DNA of 64,000 nt, from positions 1,178,001-1,242,000 of the forward strand of contig LSRY02000023.1 of assembly GCA_001643675.2 (NCBI GenBank). Reading direction: 5' to 3'. The translations under genes were made by a program, and so were the position numbers. Positions 10,507 through 20,883 of the stretch are shown here, piece after piece (the first letter of the stretch is position 1; the number at the start of each line of letters is the position of its first letter). Under the pieces are notes generated by a model. The model made no database searches. It was given only the letters and a program-made list of their open reading frames with translations, and had not been told where the DNA came from. The stretch is from Monocercomonoides exilis PA203 (lineage: Eukaryota > Protista > Preaxostyla).

Positions 10507-13500
10507 CACAAATATACCAATCTCCTCTGAAAACTTCACAAATATCCCTCCTCCTAATCCTTTTCCCCCTCTTTCATCCTCACTTGATGACACTTTACAT
10601 CTTTCAAACTTCACTCCCTTCATCTTCAAGCTCCCTCCATTTCCAACTCCTATCATCATTCCTCCTCCTCCTCCTCCTCCATTTCCTCCATTATTCTCTG
10701 CCTTGCATCCATCAAACGTGGTCGATCCATTTATTTCAACCTCTTCATCTTTTCCAATTGAAATCTTCATTCCTCCACCACATCCATCTTTCTCCTCAAT
10801 ACAACATTCACTGAATGTGCAACCAGAAACAACAATAATAACAGCAGCAGAAGCATCTCCACTCTCACTTTCACTTTCACTTTCCTCACATATTCTTTCC
10901 AAACAGCTTCCCCCTCCAGTTCTCCTCGTAATTCCAGTTAGAACACAATTCGAAAGTTCAGCAATGCCATCTCCAGTGCATTTAATAATTGGATTTGACA
11001 AGGTGTTTATTTGACCTTTGTTCGAAAAGCCTGCCATGTGCAGCACTCCTCCATCAACATGAAAAACACAGTATTCAATTTCATTCAACAAATTTCTAGC
11101 GGAAGGCTCAACTGAACAATCACTGACACTCAATGCATTTGAAGAGGAAAAGACGAATGATGAGGCTGGAGAAAGAGTTGATGGAAGAGAAAAGCACATA
11201 TCTTTCAGCAATGCTCCGGATGAAATGCAAATCAAACAATCTGAGTCAAACAGAGGAGAAGGCACAACAACATCAACGGCAGTGTCTCCAATCGTTCCTG
11301 TCACATTCCAAAAATGTCTTTCCATCACAATCTCTTCACAGAGCACAAATCCATTTTTGATTCTGATTGTTCTTGTTTCATCCCCATACCACACCTCAAC
11401 CACTTTGTTGATCGATGAGCACGGATACTGCTCCATTCCACATCTGCTGAAGTCCAAGCTTTTCTCTCCTCCCACAAATCCAACATCCCCGTCCTCCATC
11501 AAAAATGGAAGAAGTGGTGCACACTCCTCCCGGCACCCATCCTCATATCCCAATAAGTCACTGTCTATCATCCCTTCACACTCAAAGCCAAATGTGGCCT
11601 TGTTCACAACATCTCTCAAACACTGTGCATTCACAAATATATTGTTCCCTTTCTCTGCTTGGCAACTCTCAAAAGAAGCACAATGGATACAAATAGCACA
11701 ATTCCCATCACACACATCCAAATAGATTGCTCCGCCAAACCCCCCAACTCTATTTCCCTTCCCCGCACAGCAACAATTGATGAATGAAACATTATCAACA
11801 TTCTCATCACCACTTTCACTTGAGACATTCCCAATCTCCATCTGTGAGCCTTCGTTGAGCTGAATCCACATCCCTCCTCCGCACCCATCTTCACACTCAC
11901 AATTCTTTATCATTCCTCCTGAGATGTTCACATTCATCCCATTCACCAGATTCCCACAAATCACACTCCCATCTCCACTCATCCGAGAAATCTCATTAAC
12001 CTCGACGCTCTTCATCTGGAAAGATAATGAGCTTTCGCCTCTGATGTTGAATGCAGGAACTGATGAAAACGATATTCCACTGATCTCAACTGAGTCAAAA
12101 ATGACGGATCCCATCTGGACGATCATTAGTGATGCTGTTAACACACAGCTTTCATCGTTTCTCAATGAAGTGATTACACACTCACACATATTCAGAACTC
12201 CTTCTTTTGCCAACATTTCCATCAGATGAGAAGATGGATTCTCTCCACAAACAAATGTGATTTTTCTGAAATTTCCCGTTCCTGTTCCAATGACCACCAA
12301 CGATTCTCCATTTGGTGATCTGTTGTGAACAATCACTTGAGTTTTGTCTTTCCCTTCAAATGATATCTTCAATTTTCCAACTTCAACTTTGTTTTCTTCA
12401 TAATTCCCAACTTCAATAATCACTTCATTGCTGCTTCCATCAGTATCCAGCACTCTCATTCCAAACTCGATTGTTTTGCATCTCCTTCCATATTCATCTC
12501 CTGTCCTCACAAACCCACAGGCCATGTGATCCAGTCCTTCCATTGAGTTCACAAACACTGGATTGAAGAAGATCTTTGGAATCCATTTGTTGTATTCTGT
12601 TGATCCTTTGACCACTCGATTGCTGTTTGCACTTGTGCTTGAACGACAATGTACAAACGAATTTTCATTGATGCTTGTCCATCCCTCAACAACATAAACA
12701 TCATGGCCCAGATTCACTGCTATGTTATTTGAAAAGAAGCAAAACAAAGTTGGCGACTCATTTTCTCCTGGGATGTTATCCCAACTTATTCCTGCTCCAT
12801 TATTCTCGCTGAATCCACCACAAAATGAGCAATCAGAAATCACAGCAGTTCCGTGATTATATAATCCAACGCAACCACCACCATTATGTAATGTTGTGTT
12901 CTTTCTGCAGCAGTGAAATGCACAATTTTCAATTATCCCTTGATATTCATTGTATTCAATGAAAATTCCTCCTCCAACTTGTTTGGTTGAACTTTTCGAG
13001 AAATTTGTGTTCTTCATCGAAAATGTTGAAACATAATAAAAATCAATACAGCCTGATGATGCTTCTGCTGAACAATAATCAAAACTGGATGAAGTTATCT
13101 CGAAATTTTTACCATCTATTCGAGAAGAAATCGCTCCACCACACCTAGAAGAATGGCACTTATAAAAACCACACAGTGACACATTTAAGAGACCAGAAGA
13201 AGTGAATAAAATTGCGCCACCGTCAATTTTTGATGAATTTTCAGTTGAAAGGTTGTTGAAATCACAATCCACAAATGTTGCATCACCTGAGTCAACAACT
13301 TGACTTTTCATTGTCTTGTTTCCAATCATAGGATCTGCATTTTCCCTCCGAACGCATTGAGAATAACTCGAATTCCAAGCAAAGAAATGATGATATCCTG
13401 AATGCATCCCTTCGACCAATCCTCCACCAAGTGGAGAATTCACTTTCTCGACAATACATCCAACAAAAGAATAATCATTTTTCGAGTTGCCCATTGAATT

Positions 13501-14307
13501 GTAATTGTTTTGGATTTTTGCGCTTTGTGAGATATTCGAAAAATGGCAGTTGAAAACTGATATTTTCCAAATGTCTGTACTTGCCAAAAGAGAAGTCGAT
13601 CTTCCAAGAGAAAATGAAGAAAAATCAGAATCAATGATTTTCAAGTCTTTTTTCATTTTCTCTGAACTCATTTTTTCGCAACCAACAAATGGTTCAATAA
13701 TTTCTGCACATCCAGCACTCAAATAAGAAGTGTTGCTCAGAATCAAATGGCCTTCATTCAATGTGAATAAATAGCCATTTTTTGCTCCTCTTTGATGGAT
13801 TGAACAACAATGAACAAGAACTGTGGATAAGTCGTTGATGAGCATGAGAGATCTTCTCTCTTCTTTGACAAATGACAAATATTTCATTTCACAACTCGAA
13901 TTTCCAAAATTGACCATCGCCATCACAGTGGATCTTTGATTGCGAAAAACTCTTTTTGAATCACCAATTGTCTTTAACTGACAATTCTCATTGACCAAAT
14001 GATTGTCAATATCGTTCAATACTCTTCTTTTTTCTTTTGAAAAATATCCTCTCTGTTTTCGCATCAACCCTGATGCTTCATCATCTTTATCAGTTATTTT
14101 GTCTTCATTTTCATTATCACTTGCATTGAAACCATGAAAATGAAAGGATCCAAGATTTTCGTCTGAATGGTCGGAAGATAATCCTTGATTCAAAATAAGT
14201 GCATTTTGAGAATCAATAGCACATTTGAAGCCATTGAGTTTGAATTCATCATCAATATCTGATCCATTCAACGCTGAAATAAAAGCTAACAAAAACACCA
14301 AATTCAT
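6331..14307 (-). CDS. Receptor copy B (~2660 aa): signal peptide, beta-helix-like ectodomain with GGAI/F..C repeats, TM, pseudokinase; frameshift truncates the last ~40 aa relative to copy A
   Basis: 2680 aa ORF; likely ATG at 14307 (MNLVFLLAFISALNG, signal-like). The C-terminal ~1370 aa match copy A, then B ends GMAQKARRGLGWKI where A continues KAEERPGLEDLKREF. Confidence 0.85.
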   Translation of the reverse strand: MNLVFLLAFISALNGSDIDDEFKLNGFKCAIDSQNALILNQGLSSDHSDENLGSFHFHGFNASDNENEDKITDKDDEASGLMRKQRGYFSKEKRRVLNDIDNHLVNENCQLKTIGDSKRVFRNQRSTVMAMVNFGNSSCEMKYLSFVKEERRSLMLINDLSTVLVHCCSIHQRGAKNGYLFTLNEGHLILSNTSYLSAGCAEIIEPFVGCEKMSSEKMKKDLKIIDSDFSSFSLGRSTSLLASTDIWKISVFNCHFSNISQSAKIQNNYNSMGNSKNDYSFVGCIVEKVNSPLGGGLVEGMHSGYHHFFAWNSSYSQCVRRENADPMIGNKTMKSQVVDSGDATFVDCDFNNLSTENSSKIDGGAILFTSSGLLNVSLCGFYKCHSSRCGGAISSRIDGKNFEITSSSFDYCSAEASSGCIDFYYVSTFSMKNTNFSKSSTKQVGGGIFIEYNEYQGIIENCAFHCCRKNTTLHNGGGCVGLYNHGTAVISDCSFCGGFSENNGAGISWDNIPGENESPTLFCFFSNNIAVNLGHDVYVVEGWTSINENSFVHCRSSTSANSNRVVKGSTEYNKWIPKIFFNPVFVNSMEGLDHMACGFVRTGDEYGRRCKTIEFGMRVLDTDGSSNEVIIEVGNYEENKVEVGKLKISFEGKDKTQVIVHNRSPNGESLVVIGTGTGNFRKITFVCGENPSSHLMEMLAKEGVLNMCECVITSLRNDESCVLTASLMIVQMGSVIFDSVEISGISFSSVPAFNIRGESSLSFQMKSVEVNEISRMSGDGSVICGNLVNGMNVNISGGMIKNCECEDGCGGGMWIQLNEGSQMEIGNVSSESGDENVDNVSFINCCCAGKGNRVGGFGGAIYLDVCDGNCAICIHCASFESCQAEKGNNIFVNAQCLRDVVNKATFGFECEGMIDSDLLGYEDGCREECAPLLPFLMEDGDVGFVGGEKSLDFSRCGMEQYPCSSINKVVEVWYGDETRTIRIKNGFVLCEEIVMERHFWNVTGTIGDTAVDVVVPSPLFDSDCLICISSGALLKDMCFSLPSTLSPASSFVFSSSNALSVSDCSVEPSARNLLNEIEYCVFHVDGGVLHMAGFSNKGQINTLSNPIIKCTGDGIAELSNCVLTGITRRTGGGSCLERICEESESESESGDASAAVIIVVSGCTFSECCIEEKDGCGGGMKISIGKDEEVEINGSTTFDGCKAENNGGNGGGGGGGMMIGVGNGGSLKMKGVKFERCKVSSSEDERGGKGLGGGIFVKFSEEIGIFVLEGMEFEGCNAWKGKNVFVSGWDLSEIVNKENFKWEMSPQELGSLDELCGWERKTTGEGYVIPLVVYLWRNWSGNGFVSKEKGGDFSGCGYSEAPCSSVDHLFSLRYGTLGGSESHVIIVDLALLQNSLHLIQTDSDTQKISIEGEENGTVLRVEEENEEEMEEAMVASEVILSFVNVSFVLPNVLVHHLAFLKSSSGGGALSVRSCSFVSEDASKETNFCLVRVDGGSVAIEDCALKEFHLLQGFMELSSDVRVADVMNLSISYTSVSGRSLIPISESALLSERSLKEATMLKNKVNGDEDGMLSMSVNSSTFTNITLSENRATIVSACSFECKMRCLVEGCVMTKCLSEWSEEGGGMKVSLKSRGSELRVNGCMFGMCSCSVVKGRGGGLMIDASGLGETQAGTEDAPPLGIMIESTRFTMNDALVGKDVFIRCKWIEKQINEKLFSLDFSQESLKSSNSICGSDEEKTDIDLIPLITFYYGQQVFVNANGRDMRQCGEQTNPCKSISCSVDHIQRGVVNIVFIDEEGDIGGECAIGDLSVKSMKKMKATVHFNEAIQEIGNERSVIVFANECVVERCVFEFGELHEANHSHIMKVKNGTTMMRECECLSSTTELIITSTIMAVEGGELEMNKCAHTRMKLSAPLIEFVGESEATISETRIDNLESEGNVIEVGDRARVEMKELDIQNITLSKSGSVVKMKNVVKNVDLSNCSFGKCLSPKEKGSIVSVDNCVDLDFDSCSFLGNFEDETREEWGKNGRMEEMCRWNGSIVDVQSSNVGMKDTTISNSKNGGLSLSGGSVEIYDGRFENNNPSIVNYGSARRNILCGGSGRLRVVSLKGGDGVKDNTSLWILDEGCTLEGIAGERESPFFIPRVESVSSEKSGEVVDVVFRGSVLLPCNLSFKTVAAVGDEEVVEKYLFDESGFISEEEVHGFVPVKTVEGVASEAEVRVSILFGSADSPSATDSFVLKNRSESKTSGDERIAEGGKKERSIWPIIVIVMAIILLIVLIISVIFIVRWRKAKNENEDLREIVNDNIKKDPKLIEMMTMEMSPEEQWRRAEREAEKKNEERIKKRVYAKSLGHSESSEHLLSESGSTEYILGRDSDKIPDWALEKVDEEEEEETRKRTPSPSISSTSTTSTTNSDSTFVRGDDLCPTTSSMSNLVDAMACSSPHEKLIVDLRDSLFMLLHGRNEKKEMAIGSLQQREQTAAQILFWVANGALHSFDEMENTLSSLSNLSPHIVLFSEHMVICIVMHSDFSSDDSDSSSISSSTVVTSASDDDDDESDSLPSSAFEDEEDNRYECLRWKAPELLMNRKMGATKESVVFSIGMMLWECLTLQIPFGEYEAEMAGKKIKDGERPKMLVGCESSLGEVASGMAQKARRGLGWKI

Positions 14308-15505
14308 CTTGAATGTGAATATGGGTTTCGAAATGTTTTTCTTTTGCATTATTAACAACAACAACATATTCAAAGGTTCACCAAATGTGCATCAAAGTTA
14401 TTGTTGAGAAGAATTATACAGACCATTATTGTTTGAATTGAAATTAACAGATTCTATGAAAATTGGATCAAATTATTCAAATTGAAAATTTCAAAAAGAT
14501 GTAGTGGCGGTAATTTGAAATAACCCTTGTTTATTAAAATTGACTTGCTTCTTTTTTTGAATCTTCATCCAATTTTGAATTAAATAAATCATTATTTTTG
14601 AAATCATAACTGTTTTCGTGGTGACAATTTTTCAATTATTGTTTGTCTCTTTAAAGAAATGTTGCATTCAAATTTAAATTTTTTCATTACTTTTTTTAAA
14701 ATCAACTGCTTAGGCTCAAATAAGGATAAAGGTGTCTTGAATAAGCGGTATCAATTATCAGTGCTTTTTAACTGATATTCAAAAGAAATTTTCGAACCGA
14801 AATTTTTGAAAGAAAAAATGTGATTCCAAAAATTATCACCCAATTGTTCAAAATATGAAAATAGATAACATTTAATAATTAATATAAAAGTTAGATAAAA
14901 AATACAAAAGTTTTTTTTTTATTCTCTTATTAAAAAATTTTTGTTCTTTTAATAATCTTCTTCGAAAAAATGAACAATTCAAAAAATTGTTTCAAAGGTT
15001 ATTCCAACTTTCATAGTACAAAAAGTGAATTTTATTGTGAAAGTTTAAAAGGTTATAACAATTGAAAATTCATTTATTTCGATTTTCAAATCATTAATAC
15101 GTCTGATAACTATTCGTTTTTTTTCCTTCACGATTGTGAGTTGTTTTTTTTTAATTGTGGCCCAACAATAATTCTAATGCAATCTTTATCAATTCCATTT
15201 GGATTTCCTTGCTTTGTTAGTTTTGAGCAAAGGTTATTTTCAATTGATGTCGTTTTTCATTTTTGTCTTGTTGAAAAACGATGTTAAAAATCATTAGCAA
15301 AGAATATTTTAAACACAAAATGTTTAAAGGAATATATGGTTATTATTCAAGATTTGTATTGAGTGTTGAACATTTCTGTTTTTTCCAAATTTAACTTTTT
15401 CGTTTTTCTTCTTTTTATGAAGCCGATAACGTATTTTCTTACAGTTCTGAATTCTGTAAACCTTTTGTCTTTGAATATCCCACATTTATAACACTCTCCG
15501 TTCTC

Positions 15506-17425
15506 ATGATTACTCACATCATAATATGTAATGTCTACAATCACATCTATTTATTCTCTCGTATCTATATCAACAGCTTTCGCTTCCAGCACACTAAAAA
15601 AACTATCAACTGTTCCATCGTCTCTTCCATCAACAACTCCGACACCTCTCTTTCTGACTTCAACACTTATTTCCTCCATCAAACTTGATCTTTATCAAAT
15701 GCTGCTGTGATAATCGAAGAAAGTGAATCTCAAAGAGCGAAACTTGGAAGATTGATTTCATTCGATTTAAACAGCCATCGTTTCGAATGGTGCGAATAGG
15801 AAAACACAACTGACAGGCCAGATTGAGGAGGAGCACTTTATGTGGATTGTGCAAATGCTAATCTTGCAATCATATCGTGTTCATTCAACAATTGCTCATG
15901 CAATTGGGATAGCGGAGCATTGTTTTGTAATAGTTCGTTGATGTTAACCATCATTCAGTCTAATTTCACAAGTTGTTCGGCTGCCCATGGAGGAGTGGTC
16001 ACTTCATGGAATCCACAATCAAATTCTGTTTATTCATTCTCAGAAAACATAGTTGAAAGTTGCTCAACAACAAGTTGATGTGGAACTGTTTGTGTTATCG
16101 TGATCGACAACATGACATCTGATGTTAAATTCTTGTTCAAAAATTACACCTGTATTGCAAATACTGGTGGAAATGCAGCTGGAGCAGTTGCATTAAATTG
16201 GCATCGACAACAAAAACCAAAACAATGCTTGCTCCAAGAGTGCCAGTTCATCAACAACAAAGTCGAAAATCCAATTTCCTATGATGGTGCTGCGTTATGT
16301 TGCGCCAGAACATATGATTGGATGAATGCAATGAAATTCATCACTTTTTGTTTCTTCCATGGCAACACTGCAACAAACGGAAGAGGAAACGATGTGTTCT
16401 TCACTGGCAATGCAGTCACTCATTCTCCATTCAGTCAGTGTGGATCAACAACCCCATCAAAAAGAGTGTGGTATGCAGAAACTGCAGATAATGCGATGTA
16501 CAACAGTTGGCTTCCAATCATCAACCAGAATAAAATAGTCTCAAATGGTGGAACTGATGTCGATGTCTGTGGCAAAACACAGCAAAGCCCATGTGCCACG
16601 GTGGAGTATGCCCTCGGATGCGTTGCTCCCTTCAGCGATGCCTCCCTTTCTCTTCTTGACTCCACTTTCACTCCTGCAAAGACTCTCACATTCCGTGCCC
16701 CAAATACAAAAATTAGTGGAAATGGAACAATTGCCACCACCATCGCATCCAGTGGCATACCTCAACCTCCATCATCATTTTCCTCTTCATCATCATCCCT
16801 CGATCCATCTGCCACTTCTACCCTCTTTCAACAGACCCAGGGCTCCCTCACAGTCTCCGCCCTCGCCATCTCCCACAACTCCTCAAACCCCATCACCCCC
16901 ATCCTCTTCCACCTCTCCAATAACCCCCCTTCCCTCAACCTCAACACAACCACCATCACCGGAACAACCTCCATAACTATAAAAACTCCACTCTTCTTCC
17001 TCACTGCTGGCTCCCTCGCCCTCAACCACACAGCAATCACCAGTCTCACCCGCAACAGCCAAAGCATCTTCCACCTCACCTCCCTCACAGCTCCCCTCAC
17101 CCTCAACTCCTCCAACATCACTGACATCACCTCCGCAGCCACCCCCACCAGCTGTGTCCTCTCCTCTGCCACCTCCCCTGCCCTCTCCCTCTCCCTCGCC
17201 AACTGCACCATCACCAACATCGACTCAGCTCCACAAAGCCAACAGAATTTCACCAATGGCGGGTGCATCTCATTCGCATCGTCTTCCTCTGCCAATGCAT
17301 TTTTGGTGAGCAGCATCATCTTAGCTAGATGTCTAATTAGAAAAGAAGAAAAAGGTGTGTTTGAAATCGAAGAGCTGATAAATATTAAGAAAAAAAATTC
17401 AAATGGAAATAGAAGCAAAAGCTAA
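15506..17425 (+). pseudogene. Pseudogene of a beta-helix ectodomain surface protein related to the receptor family; 3' truncated or chimeric
   Basis: One frame from 15506 with in-frame stops at 15686 (TGA), 15797 (TAG), 15824 (TGA) and 16076 (TGA). Motifs GGALYV, FCFFHGNTATNGRGNDVF, DVCGKTQQSPCATV. Similarity ends at ~17315. Confidence 0.8.
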
Positions 17426-18119
17426 AACAAGTATATGCTCTTCTTTTGAAAAGAAGAAGGATAGATATATTCGATGAGGTTAAATATGAAAAGGAAGAAA
17501 GAAATGATGATTAAAATATAGATGATGTGCGAGGTGAAAAGAACGAGAAAATGAAACAGAAAGAACAATTCAAAAATATGAGACAACGATAAAAGAGATG
17601 ATATGCGTGAAAATATGAAAGAAAATTAGGAAAATGAAAAAGGAATAGGAAATATGCTTACGATTCTGCAACTACAAATTCGAAGTGCGGTGTTTATTGT
17701 GATTATGGATTCTGTGTAATGAAACACGCGAACGAAACTAATAATTTTTCAGAATCTTCAGAATATTGTTGTTTACTTTTTATTATTTATACAAATACTA
17801 TTAAAATTATCTTCGAAGTGAATCATTCTTCACATAATATTCAAAACAAATAATGATTAAACATTGCTGACAAATTATTCATTTGACATTTATTTGATTT
17901 ATTCTTGTTAACACTCTTCCGTCAATTAATCATCATTTCATCACTAAAAATACTTTCAAAAAATGTTTGATTCTTCATTTTTATCATATTTTCTTCAAGA
18001 GTTCCTCTTGTTTGTTTTTCTTTCCACCCACAATTATTGTTAATAAAAAAGATCTTTTCTAATTAAAAATCTCATGTTGATTTTTAATTTTTCCCCTTTT
18101 GTTTGAATAATGCGGTCTT

Positions 18120-19502
18120 CGCAAGATGCAACAAATTGGGTCCCGAATTATCTCAATAAAATTGAACCTAATTATTTCCAATTGATAAAAAAGTTTATGC
18201 AAAACATTTATATGTAACACTTTTTTTCGTTTTCTTTATTAAATTTAAAAAATTTATTTTTTGAATAATAGGTTTTGATCATTGTTTATGTTGAGATCGA
18301 AATCTTTGATATTTTTCTGTGTCAGTTTTTGATCTTCAATCTCAATTTTTTTCGAAAAATGATTGTTGGAATTGGTTTTTTTGTTGCATTGAACGAGGGA
18401 ATTAATAATTTTGTACGAAAGCCAGAGTATTTTTTCCGTGAATCAAAAAGGTCCGAAATGCATCACATTGGAAATGAGAAAAATGAAGATTGAAAAAATC
18501 TTTGTTTTTAACATCAGTTTTCAAGCAATGCAAAATAGGGTTAGGAAAGATTATGCTGTTGATTTTTTGTTTCGACTTGGGGATACCAAACAAAACTGCT
18601 AAAGATCTATTGGATTTATCATATAACAGCGTTGATCATTGGTACAGTATTTGTCGCGAAGCATGTTAGAATTTCTTGATCGAACATCCAATCATTTTAG
18701 GGGGATCTGGATTTTCTGTAGAAATCGATGAAGCAATTAAAAGGAGAAGAACGTTCAAAAGAGAAAGCTCATAACAATAACAACGGGTTTTTGGAGCTAT
18801 TGATCGGAAAATGGATGGAACAGTTCAGAAAAAATGATGAAGATTGTTAAATCGAGAAAAATAAAACATTTGCTTCCTATAATTCAAGCATGCATTTCAC
18901 AAGGATCTACGATAATGAGTGATGAATGGGTTCCACAAAAAGTGTAACCGGATTTTGGTTGAGAATACAAAATTGAAACTCATAAAACATGTTTTTGAGA
19001 TCCCATCACAGGGGCTTGTACTGATTCCGAAAAAAGGATGTGGCACCATATGAGATCATTTTTCCTTTAATCATGGTTTCGCCATAAGTTTCTACAAGAT
19101 TATTATTCTACTATTGTCGTTAAAAGATAATTATAAAGTTGATTTTATTCAGTCAGTTGGAATGATTTATCTATTTGAGCCTTTGGAAATTACAGAAGAA
19201 GTTGACACAGAAGTTGAAACATCTGTTGTTTCAGATTTTGATGATATATATGAAGTACAAATTCATCAAGTGGAGAAACTGACACTGACAGTTAAAATGC
19301 TTGTGATGGCTCTTCTGCTTCAAGGAACACAGAAAATAGAAAAACACAAAACTTTCAATTAATTTTTTATTACTCAATTTAAACATATTTTTCACTCATT
19401 TTTAACAACAATCAATCATTCTTTGAACAAAATATAGAAAAATAGTCATTGGAAGTAGCTTTTTCTGTCAAAAAAGTCGGACCCAATATGTTACACTTGA
19501 CC
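18120..19502 (+). mobile_element. Degenerate Merlin (IS1016/IS1595-related) DNA transposon
   Basis: Interrupted transposase motifs GGSGFSVEIDEA (~18700), QRVFGAIDRK, LLPIIQACISQGSTIMSDEW, DPITGACTDSEKRMW. Imperfect TIRs 18120-18146 and 19477-19502; 8 bp TSD gcggtctt (18112-18119) / gtggtctt (19503-19510). Confidence 0.85.
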
Positions 19503-19874
19503 GTGGTCTTTATTTATATGAACATTGGGTTTTTTAAAAAACCTCCATTTATTCGAATTTCCCAACTTTATCTGCATTGTATCTTATTTAAAAAAAATGA
19601 AACGAATGATTTCATAACACAGTTTCAAGGAAAGCCATTCTGTCATTTAGCCTTGTTATTATATCCATTTACTTTGTTATAAAATCATCTTCATAAAATA
19701 TAACCATTATTTAACAATCTTATAACAATGTCTTTATATGCATCACTAAAATTCGATTAGAAACATGAAAGAAAAAAAAATGTGAGAAAGAATTTGTTAA
19801 AAAAATCAAAAAAAAAAATCAGTCTCAAATTTTTATAGAAAAAAATAGCAAATTGAAATGAACTATCCTTCTAT

Positions 19875-20645
19875 TTAATCCAGCTTGACCTTTTCGATTC
19901 CATCCTTTGTGATAATCTTTACAATCCATGAATTTTGTTGCATGACAAATCTCTTTTTTATTTGTGCAATGCTTGCCTTTAACATTTTCATTCCATCTTC
20001 TCTTGACATATCTTTCTTCCACATGTGATCCCACAATCCATATAACAGGTATCCGCAGTATCCGTGTGCGCAAAATGGAATTTCACACAACGTTCCAAGA
20101 TAATCGAGATAATATAAATGAGGTGTAACATCTTTTTCTAAAACAGGAGCAATAGGAGCAGAAGATGATGCGGATGAGGATGACGAAGCTGAAGCAGAAG
20201 GTGAACTGACTAACACTTGTGGCTCTGCTGTGATATCCTGAAAGGCAGACGGTAAATCAACTCCACCAACAACACAATTACATTGATATGGGGATTTTCT
20301 AAGGTTCTCCGCAAGCACGTATCTCATCCAACTCGCATTTGCATGAGTTGTTGATGAATAACCATTTCTTTGTAATGTAAAAAAAATGTTTTCAAATAAA
20401 TTTCAAAATTATCAGATATAATATAACGAAACAAACCTAAATTTATTTAATTGTATGTTACGCACAATATAATCCGAATAAGCATCATCGTCACCTGGCT
20501 CTCCAACACAAGCAAAAGCAAAGCGATCGTCAGCTTCGTAAATTCTATCCAAATCATCTTTTATACGAAGGATAGAACTTTGTGAAGAAGACTCGGCTGC
20601 AATCATTACATAATCCTTGCCCGCAAAACCGAAAATACTTTGCAT
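19875..20645 (-). CDS. PSMB2: 20S proteasome subunit beta type-2 (beta4/PRE1), one intron ~20369-20436
   Basis: MQSIFGFAGKDYVMIAA, LRKSPYQCN, LYYLDYLG..PFCAHGY, IKKRF and IVKIITKDG match beta4. A GTTTGT...AG intron joins the two ORFs. Confidence 0.92.
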
Positions 20646-20883
20646 CTTAGTGAAAATTCATTAAAAATTATCAAATTGTGCAATTCAAAAATAAAGAATT
20701 TGATATAAAGTGGAAAGTTAACATGAAAAGGCGTCATAAAATATAAATGAAATATTCAACAAAACGTTTGCCTTTTTAAAACGAAAAAATTCACACTTAA
20801 ACGGAGAAACAAGTTGTCAACCTATATAGTGGGTTTGATCAATAAATTTAGATAAAAGTTTTAAAAATTCACTTATATAATAT

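Noticed and set aside
15686-16078. Stop-codon reassignment or readthrough (e.g. TAR=Gln as in some oxymonads)
   Set aside because: The stops appear to replace different residues (R, W, G) and include both TGA and TAG. Conserved genes end normally at TAA (PSMB2, RPS30, ARPC2) and TAG (ABCC).
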